DNA of 59,189 nt from Candidatus Aminicenantes bacterium. GTDB taxonomy: Bacteria; Acidobacteriota; Aminicenantia; Aminicenantales; Aminicenantaceae. Positions 10,507 through 19,472 of the stretch are shown here, in pieces. The position numbers were made by a program, and so were the translations under genes. Where the stretch lies: contig JBKHJA010000001.1 in the NCBI GenBank assembly GCA_046538375.1, positions 1 to 59,189 on the forward strand, in the 5' to 3' direction. The stretch's first letter is position 1. Each line of letters begins with the position of its first letter. The notes under the pieces were generated by a model. The model ran no database searches. It saw only the letters and a program-made list of their open reading frames with translations, and was not told the origin of the DNA.

Positions 10507-10535
10507 TTGACAATTTAATTTTACTTTTTTATATT
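10507..10535 (+). promoter_or_regulatory. sigma-70-type promoter of the his operon (divergent from the trp promoter)
   Basis: TTGACA (10507..10512), a 17-nt spacer, then TATATT (10530..10535). It lies ~245 nt upstream of hisG. Confidence 0.5.
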
Positions 10536-10780
10536 TCTTTTAATGAATTTCGTAGAAAAGTATTTCATCAAGTACTGCAGAGTCAAATCACACCTCCATT
10601 GTAACTAAAATCCTTTCTTAACCATCCTCATCTTAATCTCAAAAGTCCTTTTTTGAGATTAGCTTGCTTCAAGAGCAACTCCCAAAAAAACCAAGGAAGG
10701 AAAATGAGCTTTTGGATAAGGAATTGTATTGAATTCAGAAAATTTGGAAGTTTTCTTATGGATAAATAAGGAGGCAGTCC

Positions 10781-11635
10781 ATGAAGAAAATAAAAATGGT
10801 TATTCCCAAGGGAAAAATGTTCAGCAGGGTGGCAGGACTTCTGGATGATTCCGGCATCATGCTGGAGACCAATGAGAGGAAATATATACCCCGAATCGGA
10901 GATCCTGAAATCGAGGCAAAAATCATGAAGCCCCAGAATATTGCCCAGCTTGTTGAATTAGGATCTCATGATATAGGATTCATAGGATACGACTGGATAG
11001 TTGAAACCGGCTCAAAAGTTGTTGAGGTGATGGATTTGAGATTGGATCCCGTAAAAATTGTGGCGGCTGCATCTTTGGATTTGAAAGAAAGCGAGCTTAA
11101 AAACAGAAAGATCATGGTGGCTTCAGAATATGAGAACATTTCGCGAAAATATCTAGAAAAAGAAAATTACCACTATATGCTGATCCGAACATTCGGCACC
11201 ACGGAAGCTTTTCCACCTCAGGATGCTGATATGATTATTGATAATACCGCCACCGGTCAGACACTGAAAGAACACAACTTGAAGGTGATCGCCGAGATCA
11301 TGGATTCCTCAACCCGTTTTATCGCCAATCAGAATGCTGTAAAAAATAGCTGGAAAAGAAAGAAAATAGACGAGCTGAAAATGCTGTTCAATGCCGTGTT
11401 GAATGCGAGGGACCGAGTCATGCTGGAAATGAATATCCCTTCTCATAAACTGGAAGAGGTTGTCCGCATCCTGCCCTGCATGCGGGCGCCCACTGTTTCC
11501 CCGCTGTATAAGGATATGGGCTATGCGGTGAAAGCTGCTGTCAAGAAAAAGGAGACGGTCAAGCTGATACCCCTGCTGAAGAAGATCGGTGCCACTGATA
11601 TCCTGGAGTATGAATTCAAAAAGGTGGTCATATGA
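10781..11635 (+). CDS. hisG: ATP phosphoribosyltransferase, long form with C-terminal regulatory domain
   Basis: 284-aa ORF with an AAGGAGG Shine-Dalgarno 6 nt upstream. Its length and C-terminal ~75 aa fit the HisZ-independent long form, and no hisZ is present in the operon. Confidence 0.9.
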   Translation: MKKIKMVIPKGKMFSRVAGLLDDSGIMLETNERKYIPRIGDPEIEAKIMKPQNIAQLVELGSHDIGFIGYDWIVETGSKVVEVMDLRLDPVKIVAAASLDLKESELKNRKIMVASEYENISRKYLEKENYHYMLIRTFGTTEAFPPQDADMIIDNTATGQTLKEHNLKVIAEIMDSSTRFIANQNAVKNSWKRKKIDELKMLFNAVLNARDRVMLEMNIPSHKLEEVVRILPCMRAPTVSPLYKDMGYAVKAAVKKKETVKLIPLLKKIGATDILEYEFKKVVI

Positions 11636-12693
11636 AAGGGATGATAAAAGAGGCTGTTCTTAAGCTTGGCGGTTATTCTGTTGCTCAGGATTTCTCAAGG
11701 GTAAAGCTCAACCAGAACGAATCGCCGGTTGATATCCCCACTGAAGTCAAGGAGGAGATACTCAGGAGGCTGAAGGCGGTCCATTGGAACAGATATCCTC
11801 CTTCAGAAGCAGATTCTTTGATCCAGAAAATTGCCCATTATGCCGGTTGTTCTACCTCCAGAGTCATGGTGGGCAGCGGTTCTAACGAGTTGATTCAGGC
11901 TTTCATTTATGCCGTTTGTGATTCAGGGGACAGTATATTGGTTGTTCAACCTGGCTTTTCGATCTATAAAAGAGTGGCCAAAGTGATGAACATCAATGTT
12001 GTTGAAGTCCCTTTAAAAGAAGATTTCAGTTTTGATGTGGAAGCCATCATAGAGAGAGAAAAAAAGGCAAAACTTGTGATTTTGGCTTCTCCTCACAATC
12101 CGACGGGGACCGCTTTAAAGTTTGAGGAGATCAAGAGGATAGCCCTGAATTTCAATGGAATGGTCGCTGTGGATGAAGCTTATTATGGGTTTCACAGAGA
12201 AACAGCGCAGGGGCTCATCGATGAACTGAATAATATAGTCATTTTTAGGACTTTCTCCAAAGCATTGGGATTGGCAGGCATCCGGCTGGGCTACTTATTG
12301 GGCAGAGAAGAGACGGTTAGGGAATTGCTCAAATCCAGGCTTCCTTTTTCGCCAGGAATTTTTCAACAGGTGGCTGGTGAGGTGGCTTTGGAGAAGATAA
12401 AAGTTATTGAACAAAATGTGGATAGGATCATAGAGGAAAGAGAGAGGCTGTTTCGCCGATTGAAGGAGATTAGACATATCCAGCCCATTCCATCCCACGC
12501 CAATTTTCTATTGTTTGAATCAAAGCATTGGTCTGGAAAGGAGCTGTATGAGCGTCTCTACGAAAACGGAGTGGTTGTGCGGTATTTCCATGTTCTCAGG
12601 CTAAAAAATATGCTGAGGGTGACCGTGGGAACACCTGAGGAGAATGATATTTTCCTGGAAAAAATGGAACAAATAACCGAGAGGAATTTATAG
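11632..12693 (+). CDS. hisC: histidinol-phosphate aminotransferase
   Basis: 353-aa ORF with LNQNESP, SPHNPTG and the PLP-lysine context FSKALGLAGIRLGY. ATGA overlap with hisG. Confidence 0.92.
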   Translation: MKGMIKEAVLKLGGYSVAQDFSRVKLNQNESPVDIPTEVKEEILRRLKAVHWNRYPPSEADSLIQKIAHYAGCSTSRVMVGSGSNELIQAFIYAVCDSGDSILVVQPGFSIYKRVAKVMNINVVEVPLKEDFSFDVEAIIEREKKAKLVILASPHNPTGTALKFEEIKRIALNFNGMVAVDEAYYGFHRETAQGLIDELNNIVIFRTFSKALGLAGIRLGYLLGREETVRELLKSRLPFSPGIFQQVAGEVALEKIKVIEQNVDRIIEERERLFRRLKEIRHIQPIPSHANFLLFESKHWSGKELYERLYENGVVVRYFHVLRLKNMLRVTVGTPEENDIFLEKMEQITERNL

Positions 12694-13367
12694 TGAGAAC
12701 AGTTCTTTTTGATATGGATGGTGTGCTGGTGGATGTTTCCCGTTCCTACCGTTTGGCCGTGAAAAAAACCGTCCAGCATTTTGTTGACCGAGCCATCAGT
12801 TTCTCCCAGATTCAGGAATACAAAAACAGAGGCGGATTTAACAATGATTGGGATCTTACCCAAAAAATTCTTAAGGATTATGGAAAAAGGATCACCAAGA
12901 AGGCAGTCATCCGTATTTTTCAGGGTATCTATCTTGGAGAGAATTATGATGGGCTGATCAAAAACGAAAAGTGGCTGCTGGATGTGAAAATCCTTGAAAA
13001 TATCAAAAGGAGATACAAGCTGGGAATCGTCACCGGAAGGCCCAGGAAAGAAACCTGTTATACTGTGGAGAGATTTGGCACCGAGTCCTATTTTTCTGTT
13101 CTGGTCACCATGGATGATATGCCTCCAGAAAAAGCCAAGCCAGATCCGTTGGGCATCAGATTGGCATTGAGGCGCCTGCATGCTGGTGAGGCCTATTATA
13201 TCGGGGATACCATCGATGATATGATGGCTGCCCGCAGAGCCGATGTCATTCCCATCGGTGTAGCCAGTGACGCCGTTGGTTATGAAAGGCAGACAGATCT
13301 TCTCCTCCGCAGCGGGGCACGATGGGTCTTGAGGGATATCAATGACATCCAGGAGATACTGAAATGA
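12693..13367 (+). CDS. HAD-superfamily (subfamily IA-like) phosphatase; candidate histidinol-phosphatase
   Basis: 224-aa ORF with a GTG start overlapping the hisC stop by 1 nt. HAD motif I is FDMDGVLVD, motif II is a Thr in IVTGRP, and motifs III/IV are K...GDTIDD. It is embedded between hisC and hisB. Confidence 0.8.
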   Translation: MRTVLFDMDGVLVDVSRSYRLAVKKTVQHFVDRAISFSQIQEYKNRGGFNNDWDLTQKILKDYGKRITKKAVIRIFQGIYLGENYDGLIKNEKWLLDVKILENIKRRYKLGIVTGRPRKETCYTVERFGTESYFSVLVTMDDMPPEKAKPDPLGIRLALRRLHAGEAYYIGDTIDDMMAARRADVIPIGVASDAVGYERQTDLLLRSGARWVLRDINDIQEILK

Positions 13368-13972
13368 GCCGCAGAGCAAGCTATGAGAGAAGAACAAAAG
13401 AGACAGAAATATCTGCTTCTGTGAATTTGGATGGAAAAGGCATACACGATATCGATACGCCTGTAGGCTTTCTTACCCATATGCTGGAAACATTTGCTAT
13501 TCATGGTTTATTTGATATCCGTTTAAAAGCCAGAGGCGATTTCCATGTTGACCAGCATCACCTGATCGAAGACTGCGGCCTTGTTTTGGGCAGGGCGTTT
13601 CACAAAGCGCTGGGAGACAGGAAAGGCATCAACAGAGCGGGATATTTTGTTTATCCCATGGATGAAGCGCTGGCCGTGGTGGCAGTGGATATGGGAGGAA
13701 GGCCTTATCTTCAGTATGATGTGACTTTCAGACGGCGGTTCTGCGGCCGTATGGATACTGATTTGCTGGAGGATTTTTTTCAGGCATTTTCTGTCAGCTT
13801 GAAGGCCAACATTGCTGTCCGCATGCCTTATGGCCGAAGTGACCACCATAAGATGGAGGCCATATTCAAAGCTTTCGGTAAAGCGTTTAGGATGGCCTGT
13901 TCCAAAAACCCCATAGAGATACAAAATATTCCCAGCACAAAAGGAGTGATTGATCATGATCGGGATCGTTGA
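13364..13972 (+). CDS. hisB: imidazoleglycerol-phosphate dehydratase
   Basis: 202-aa ORF with RRTKETEI, DQHHLIED and SDHHKMEA metal-binding His motifs. It is monofunctional, with no fused phosphatase domain. Confidence 0.95.
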   Translation: MSRRASYERRTKETEISASVNLDGKGIHDIDTPVGFLTHMLETFAIHGLFDIRLKARGDFHVDQHHLIEDCGLVLGRAFHKALGDRKGINRAGYFVYPMDEALAVVAVDMGGRPYLQYDVTFRRRFCGRMDTDLLEDFFQAFSVSLKANIAVRMPYGRSDHHKMEAIFKAFGKAFRMACSKNPIEIQNIPSTKGVIDHDRDR

Positions 13973-14555
13973 TTACGGGGCTGGAAACCTCAATTCAGTG
14001 AAAAAGGCATTTGATTTTCTAAAAAGAGAGAGCAAAATATTGAAATCAGCAGCTGAATTTACATCCATCAACCGCCTTGTCCTTCCTGGAGTGGGCTCTT
14101 TTGGTCATGCCATGGAGAGAATCAGAGCCACCAGGCTTTACGGTCCCATAAAAGCGTGGATTGAGTCAGGAAGACCTTTTCTGGGAATCTGTCTGGGACT
14201 TCATCTTCTTTTTGAATCCAGTGAAGAATCTGAAAGAATTGAAGGATTATCGGTTTTCAAGGGGACTTGCAGGAGGTTTACTGAGAAGAAAGTCCCTCAA
14301 ATCGGATGGAACAACATTCGGTTTGAGAGAGAAATCAATTTGTTAAGGGGGATTCGAAACGGCGAGTTTTTTTATTTTATCCACAGTTATTATGCGGTTC
14401 CTGAAGAGAGAGAAGTGGCAGTGGCCGCATCACATTATGGTGTAAATTACACTTCCATAGCCCTGAGAGGAAACGTGTTGGGGATTCAGTTTCATCCTGA
14501 AAAAAGCGGCCCAGCGGGCCTGAAGCTGCTTCAAAATTGGGTGGAGCGATGCTGA
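13950..14555 (+). CDS. hisH: imidazole glycerol phosphate synthase, glutaminase subunit
   Basis: 201-aa ORF with DYGAGNL, PGVGSFG, GICLGLHLL (Cys nucleophile) and QFHPEKS. Confidence 0.95.
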   Translation: MIMIGIVDYGAGNLNSVKKAFDFLKRESKILKSAAEFTSINRLVLPGVGSFGHAMERIRATRLYGPIKAWIESGRPFLGICLGLHLLFESSEESERIEGLSVFKGTCRRFTEKKVPQIGWNNIRFEREINLLRGIRNGEFFYFIHSYYAVPEEREVAVAASHYGVNYTSIALRGNVLGIQFHPEKSGPAGLKLLQNWVERC

Positions 14556-15301
14556 CTGTAAGAATTATTCCCTGTCTTGATGTTGAAGACGGGAAAGTGG
14601 TCAAAGGGATAAAATTTAAAGGAATCCGGTATGCCGGAGATCCGGAGGAACTTGCCGGTTTGTATAACCACCAGGGGGCTGATGAGATCATCTTTCTTGA
14701 TATTGCAGCCACTTACAAAAGCCGGAAAATCATGATAGATGTGGTGGAGAAAGTATCCAAAAAGGTCTTTGTTCCCCTGACCGTAGGAGGGGGAATCAGA
14801 AATATCCAGGATATGAGAGAGCTGCTCAACGCCGGCGCTGATAAGGTTTCCATCTGTTCAGCTGCCCTTGAGAACCCGGAACTGATTAGAGACGGGGCTG
14901 CGGTCTTCGGTTCCCAGTGCATGGTTCTTTCCATTGATGCCAAAAGGATGGATGATTCGTGGCACGCCTTTGTCAAAGGAGGAAGGGAGGATACAGGAAT
15001 CGATGCCTTGGAATGGGCCCAAAGAGGCGAACAGCTTGGAGCCGGTGAGATTCTCCTCAATTCCATCGACTCTGATGGGACAAGGGCAGGTTATGATCTT
15101 GAATTGACCAGACGGGTCTCAGAAAAGGCTTCTATTCCTGTCATCGCTTCTGGAGGTGCTGGGAATTTAAACCAGATTTTTGAAGCCATTGAAACCGGAA
15201 AAGCAGACGCCGTTCTTGTTGCCTCTTTACTCCATTATAAAGAATACAGTGTTTCAGATATCAAAAGCTATCTAAAAAAGAGATGGATTAGAATCAGATG
15301 A
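14549..15301 (+). CDS. hisF: imidazole glycerol phosphate synthase, cyclase subunit
   Basis: MLTVRIIPCLDVEDGKVVKG, the canonical HisF N-terminus. The track starts at TTG 14537. I prefer ATG 14549, which overlaps the hisH stop by 7 nt. Confidence 0.95.
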   Translation: MLTVRIIPCLDVEDGKVVKGIKFKGIRYAGDPEELAGLYNHQGADEIIFLDIAATYKSRKIMIDVVEKVSKKVFVPLTVGGGIRNIQDMRELLNAGADKVSICSAALENPELIRDGAAVFGSQCMVLSIDAKRMDDSWHAFVKGGREDTGIDALEWAQRGEQLGAGEILLNSIDSDGTRAGYDLELTRRVSEKASIPVIASGGAGNLNQIFEAIETGKADAVLVASLLHYKEYSVSDIKSYLKKRWIRIR

Positions 15302-16560
15302 TCATTTCTTCCATAGATCTCCATAAAGGTAAAGCTGTTCAATTAAAACAGGGGCGGAAAAAAATGCTTGAACGAGATGATCTTCTTACCCTGGCTGGAG
15401 AGTTTTCAAAATTTGGTGAAATCGCCGTGGTAGACTTGGATGCTGCCTTTGGTAACGGCAACAACGATGCGGCCATCCAGCAAATATGCCAGGTCGCAGA
15501 ATGTCGGGTTGGAGGAGGAATAAGAAGTATTGATCGGGCAACAGAAATTCTCGGTTTGGGAGCAGAAAAAATTATCATCGGCACCAAAGCCTTTGAAAAG
15601 AACAGGGTCAACCACCAATTTTTAAAGTCCCTGTGTTCAGTCATCGGCAAAAACAGAGTGGTGGTGGCCATCGATTCCTTTGAGGGAGAGATCGTCGTGC
15701 ACGGCTGGCAGCGCAGAACAGGATTGAACTTTGAGACCGTTTTAAAAGAAGTGGAAAACTACACTTCAGAATTTCTTTTTACCTGTGTGGAAAGAGAGGG
15801 CATGATGAAAGGAACAGACTTTGGCCTGATTAAGGATTTAAGAGCGGCTACGGATTTACCCATCACAGCCGCTGGGGGGATATCGGCTCTACATGAAATC
15901 GAGAAATTATCTAGACTTGGGGTCAATGTCCAGTTAGGCATGGCTCTTTATACAGAAAAAATCAGCTTGCCCCATGCCTTCATGGCCTCGCTGAGGTGGG
16001 ATAAAGATTTGATTCCTACTGTAACCGTGGATACTGGATCACAGGTGTTGATGCTGGCTTACAGCAGCAGGGAGTCTTTGGGCAGGACTTTTGAGACAGG
16101 TAGAGTCTGGTATTTTTCCCGCTCCAGAAATAAGCTCTGGATGAAAGGGGAGACTTCTGGGAACTTTCAGAAATTTCTGAAGGTCAGGACAGACTGTGAC
16201 GGCGATGCCTTGTTGATGACAGTCGATCAAAAAGGAAACGCCTGCCACACCGGAACATATTCTTGTTTTGGGAATAAAGCCTTTTCTCTGAAGGAGCTTT
16301 ATGATGTCCTCTTAGATAGAATGAAAAATCCCTCACCTGAATCTTATACATCCTCTTTAACAGAAAAAGCGTTAGGGAAGAAAATCATGGAAGAAGCAGA
16401 AGAATTGGCGGAGGCACGGAAAAAAGAAGAAATTATCTGGGAGACAGCCGATATGCTCTATTTTATCAGTGTTCTCCTCGCCAAAAAGGATGTTCCTTTA
16501 GATGCCGTCTTCCAGGAACTCAAACTGCGAAGGAGAACTCCAAAAAAAGAGAAAGAGTGA
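15298..16560 (+). CDS. trifunctional fusion: ProFAR isomerase (HisA-like) + PR-AMP cyclohydrolase (HisI) + PR-ATP pyrophosphatase (HisE)
   Basis: 420-aa ORF. Residues ~1-235 form a HisA-type (beta/alpha)8 domain (SIDLHKGKAVQLKQG ... VGGGIRS ... AAGGIS). Residues ~240-330 are HisI (WMKGETSGNFQ ... DCDGDALL ... CHTG..SCF). Residues ~335-420 are HisE (helical NTP-pyrophosphatase, EEAEELAEA ... ETADMLYF). Confidence 0.85.
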   Translation: MIISSIDLHKGKAVQLKQGRKKMLERDDLLTLAGEFSKFGEIAVVDLDAAFGNGNNDAAIQQICQVAECRVGGGIRSIDRATEILGLGAEKIIIGTKAFEKNRVNHQFLKSLCSVIGKNRVVVAIDSFEGEIVVHGWQRRTGLNFETVLKEVENYTSEFLFTCVEREGMMKGTDFGLIKDLRAATDLPITAAGGISALHEIEKLSRLGVNVQLGMALYTEKISLPHAFMASLRWDKDLIPTVTVDTGSQVLMLAYSSRESLGRTFETGRVWYFSRSRNKLWMKGETSGNFQKFLKVRTDCDGDALLMTVDQKGNACHTGTYSCFGNKAFSLKELYDVLLDRMKNPSPESYTSSLTEKALGKKIMEEAEELAEARKKEEIIWETADMLYFISVLLAKKDVPLDAVFQELKLRRRTPKKEKE

Positions 16561-17855
16561 TAAACCAGGAGGAGCCGTTGAGAAAGACGAAAATAAATCA
16601 ATGGGAACCAGAAGTTTTCGATCAGCTTGAATTTAAAAATATGAGAGATGTTCAAGAAATCATAAAAGAAGTAAGAAAAAAGAAGGATGAAGCGCTGAAA
16701 AAATTTACACTCCACTATGATCACGTGAAGATTGACCGTTTTAAAGTGGAGAAAGATGAAATAAGATCCGCCTGGTCCATGGTCAGTCAAGGATTGATCT
16801 TGTGTATGGAAAAAGCTGCCCGTAATTTAAGAAAATTCTCCGAAAAACAAAGGGAGACATTCAGAGATTTCGATTTTGAGATAGAACCGGGAGTCCTTGT
16901 GGGGCAGAAAGCAATACCTGTAAAACGGGTGGGAATTTATGTTCCAGGAGGAAGATATCCGTTGATTTCCTCCTTGATCATGGCTTCCATACCGGCAAGA
17001 GTTGCCGGTGTTGAACAGATTATGGTCTGTTCACCGCCTTCACCAGGCGGAAAGATTCATCCAGCGATTCTGGCGGCTGCCCGTATATGTGAAGTGGATG
17101 AGATATACAAAGTTGGTGGTGTTCAGGCAATTGCCGCCATGGCCTACGGAACTCAATCCATAAGGAGAGTGGACAAGATCGTGGGTCCCGGAAATAAGTA
17201 TGTCAATGCGGCAAAAAGAATTGTCTACGGACAAGTGGGAATTGATTTTATCGCCGGACCTACGGAACTTTTAATCATTGCCGATAAAGATGCTAATCCT
17301 TCCTTTCTTGCCGCGGATTTAATCGCCCAGGCAGAGCATGATGTCAATGCTGTACCCATGATGGCTACGGATTCGGATGAGCTGGCATCTGCAGTTCAGG
17401 ATGAGATAAAAAAGCAGCTTTGCCCATTAAAAACAGCCGAAGTGGCCAGAAAGTCATTACAGAAAAACGGCATTCTTCTGATTTTAAACTCCATGGATGA
17501 AGCTGTTGAATTTGCCAACAGAAGAGCTCCAGAACACCTTCAACTCAGCCTGAATGATGCCCATTCTTTTCTACACAGATTTAAGAATTATGGATCCCTG
17601 TTTATCGGAGAATATTCCCCTGAAGGATTGGGGGATTACATCAGCGGCCTCAACCATATATTGCCCACCAATTATGCTTCAAGATATACGGGCGGTCTGG
17701 GTGTAAGAAATTTTATCAAGACGCAGACCCTGCTTAAGGTGAACAAAAAAGGATTATTAAAGATCGGTCCTGCTGCCGGGAGTATGGCAGAAGCGGAGGG
17801 GCTTGAGGGGCATGCTCATTCTATCAGGATCAGGATGAAGCGTTTTTGCCCTTAA
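16557..17855 (+). CDS. hisD: histidinol dehydrogenase
   Basis: 432-aa ORF with a GTGA start/stop overlap with the preceding gene. GIYVPGG, AGPTE, AQAEHD and EGLEGHAHS motifs are present. Confidence 0.95.
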   Translation: MINQEEPLRKTKINQWEPEVFDQLEFKNMRDVQEIIKEVRKKKDEALKKFTLHYDHVKIDRFKVEKDEIRSAWSMVSQGLILCMEKAARNLRKFSEKQRETFRDFDFEIEPGVLVGQKAIPVKRVGIYVPGGRYPLISSLIMASIPARVAGVEQIMVCSPPSPGGKIHPAILAAARICEVDEIYKVGGVQAIAAMAYGTQSIRRVDKIVGPGNKYVNAAKRIVYGQVGIDFIAGPTELLIIADKDANPSFLAADLIAQAEHDVNAVPMMATDSDELASAVQDEIKKQLCPLKTAEVARKSLQKNGILLILNSMDEAVEFANRRAPEHLQLSLNDAHSFLHRFKNYGSLFIGEYSPEGLGDYISGLNHILPTNYASRYTGGLGVRNFIKTQTLLKVNKKGLLKIGPAAGSMAEAEGLEGHAHSIRIRMKRFCP

Positions 17856-17876
17856 ATTTTGGAATCGGGGAGAAGC

Positions 17877-17930
17877 TATATATTTATACTTATCACTGTC
17901 TTGAAAAAGCTGCCATCCTTCACGGGGCTT
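17877..17930. repeat. degenerate copy of the intergenic repeat family (AT module plus CCATCC/TTCACGGGGCTT module)
   Basis: tatatatttatacttatcac (17877..17896) matches 21183..21202 at 19/20 positions. gccatccttcacggggcttt (17912..17930) resembles the right end of the 53-kb element (ccatccc...ccttcacgg; cacaggggcttcc). Confidence 0.5.
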
Positions 17931-17967
17931 TGTAAAAAAGAAAACAACAGCAGTTGATAAATGGGGT

Positions 17968-19395
17968 TTAAATAGAATCGGCAAAAGAGCGGAGTTTTTT
18001 ATTCAGGTGGGGCTGCTTCAATTTCTTCAGTGCTTTTGATTCGATCTGTCTTATTCTCTCGCGGGTGACGTTGAACTTTTTTCCCACTTCTTCCAGGGTG
18101 TGCTCTTTCTCTTCACCCAACCCGAATCTCATCTTTAAAATTTTGGTCTCTCTCTGGTCGAGGGTTTTCAATGCTTCTTCGATTTGCTCTTTGAGATTTA
18201 TATAGATGACTGTATCCGGCGGGGAAGGAATATCTGTATCTTGGATGAAATCGCCCAAACTGCCGTCGCCTGTATCGCCTACCGGCGCCTCGATGGACAG
18301 AGTTTCCTGGTCGATTTTCATGATTTCCCTGACTTTGTCTACTGGAATTTTTAGTCTTTGAGATATTTCTTCGCAGGTGGGGTCTCTTTTTTTCTCTCTA
18401 CCTAAAGCTCGGGCTGTTTTTTTGAGTTTTTGCAGGGTTTCCGTCACATGCACAGGGAGCCTTATGGTGCGGGCTTGGTCAGAGATGGCTCGGGTTATGG
18501 CTTGTTTGATCCACCAGGTGGCATAAGTGGAAAATTTATTCCCCATCCTGTATTCAAATTTGTCTACCGCCCTCATCAATCCGATGTTTCCTTCCTGTAT
18601 CAAATCAAGAAGCTCCAGGCCGCGGTTTTGGTATTTCTTGGCAATGGATACCACCAGCCGCAGATTGGCAGCCACCATCTCTTCTTTTGCCTTCTCCCTG
18701 GTCCTGTTTCCAGCATCTATAGCCTGCAGGATTCTTTCTATCTGCTGAGAATTGAGACCAGTTTTCTGGTGGAATATATGCAGCAGCGTATTGATTTCAC
18801 TGAGTTTCTGCTTCAGGTGTTTTTGCTGTGGAGTCCCCTTGGCCTGGTTGAGGGATGGTTTGAGCTTTTCCTGGATGTCGGCCAATTGGCGGGCATTCTT
18901 CAGTCTGGCGTGAATATTGGCGGTGATTCTATCCTTCTGTTCAGGCCGGATGCGAAGATCGTTCACCAAATTCCTTATTTTTATGACCAGCCGGCCGCGC
19001 CGGAAAAGATTGTTTTTTGTGAGAGGAATTCGCTTCAGCCCGGAGTTCAGCTTCTTGATATCCTCTATTTTTTTAAGAATCTTTTTGGTTATTTCCTCCA
19101 GTTTCCCTCCGGAAAGCTGGCCTTCGCTGTAGTCAAAAATTTCCCGGATGATTTCAGGATCCTCTTTTATTTTTTCTTCCAGGTAAAGAACTTCATTCAG
19201 GATCAGACCTGTCTTAGAAAGAGCATTGACCATGTCTTTTTGGCCTCTTTCCATTCTCTTGGCGATAACAATTTCTTGATCTTGGGTGAGCAGAAAATAA
19301 TTGCCCATCTCTTTAAGGTAGAGTCTTACGGGATCTGTAGTGGACTCCAATTTTTCTGAGGAGATGACCTCAATATTATCTGTGCTGTTGTTCAT
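17968..19395 (-). CDS. rpoD: RNA polymerase sigma-70 family factor, primary-like (group 1/2)
   Basis: 475-aa ORF. Region 1.2 is [11 protein letters not shown], region 2 is [39 protein letters not shown], region 3 follows, and region 4.2 is [27 protein letters not shown]. There is no long acidic region 1.1. Confidence 0.85.
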   Translation of the reverse strand: MNNSTDNIEVISSEKLESTTDPVRLYLKEMGNYFLLTQDQEIVIAKRMERGQKDMVNALSKTGLILNEVLYLEEKIKEDPEIIREIFDYSEGQLSGGKLEEITKKILKKIEDIKKLNSGLKRIPLTKNNLFRRGRLVIKIRNLVNDLRIRPEQKDRITANIHARLKNARQLADIQEKLKPSLNQAKGTPQQKHLKQKLSEINTLLHIFHQKTGLNSQQIERILQAIDAGNRTREKAKEEMVAANLRLVVSIAKKYQNRGLELLDLIQEGNIGLMRAVDKFEYRMGNKFSTYATWWIKQAITRAISDQARTIRLPVHVTETLQKLKKTARALGREKKRDPTCEEISQRLKIPVDKVREIMKIDQETLSIEAPVGDTGDGSLGDFIQDTDIPSPPDTVIYINLKEQIEEALKTLDQRETKILKMRFGLGEEKEHTLEEVGKKFNVTRERIRQIESKALKKLKQPHLNKKLRSFADSI

Positions 19396-19472
19396 TTTTC
19401 TCCCCTACAAATATTATCGACTCAATAAAAACGCATTAAACACTTTTTTGGTTGCATTTTCAATAAAATTTT

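Noticed and set aside
10289-10513. 74-aa ORF spanning the whole trp control region
   Set aside because: Its 5' two-thirds run through the -35 and -10 boxes of both divergent promoters. Only the last 28 codons, from ATG 10375, make sense, as the leader peptide.
10543-10780. his leader as a classical His-codon attenuator or T-box
   Set aside because: - The only small ORF has two non-adjacent His codons.
- The hairpin AATCTCAAAA/TTTTGAGATT (10635..10660) is AU-only and is not followed by a U-tract.
- I could not find T-box or specifier-loop signatures.

The function of the 240-nt leader is left open.
12558-13397. 279-aa antisense ORF opposite hisC / HAD phosphatase, and similar long antisense ORFs at 18430..19359, 36119..36667, 46004..46507 and 48451..49089
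   Set aside because: Each lies entirely within a confidently identified gene on the other strand. They have odd composition and no start-site signals, as expected of shadow ORFs.
17856-17967. Bidirectional terminator between convergent hisD and rpoD
   Set aside because: Only weak, short pairings (for example AAAGC...GCTTT) are present, with no clean GC stem plus U-tract. The spacer instead contains a degenerate repeat-family copy.
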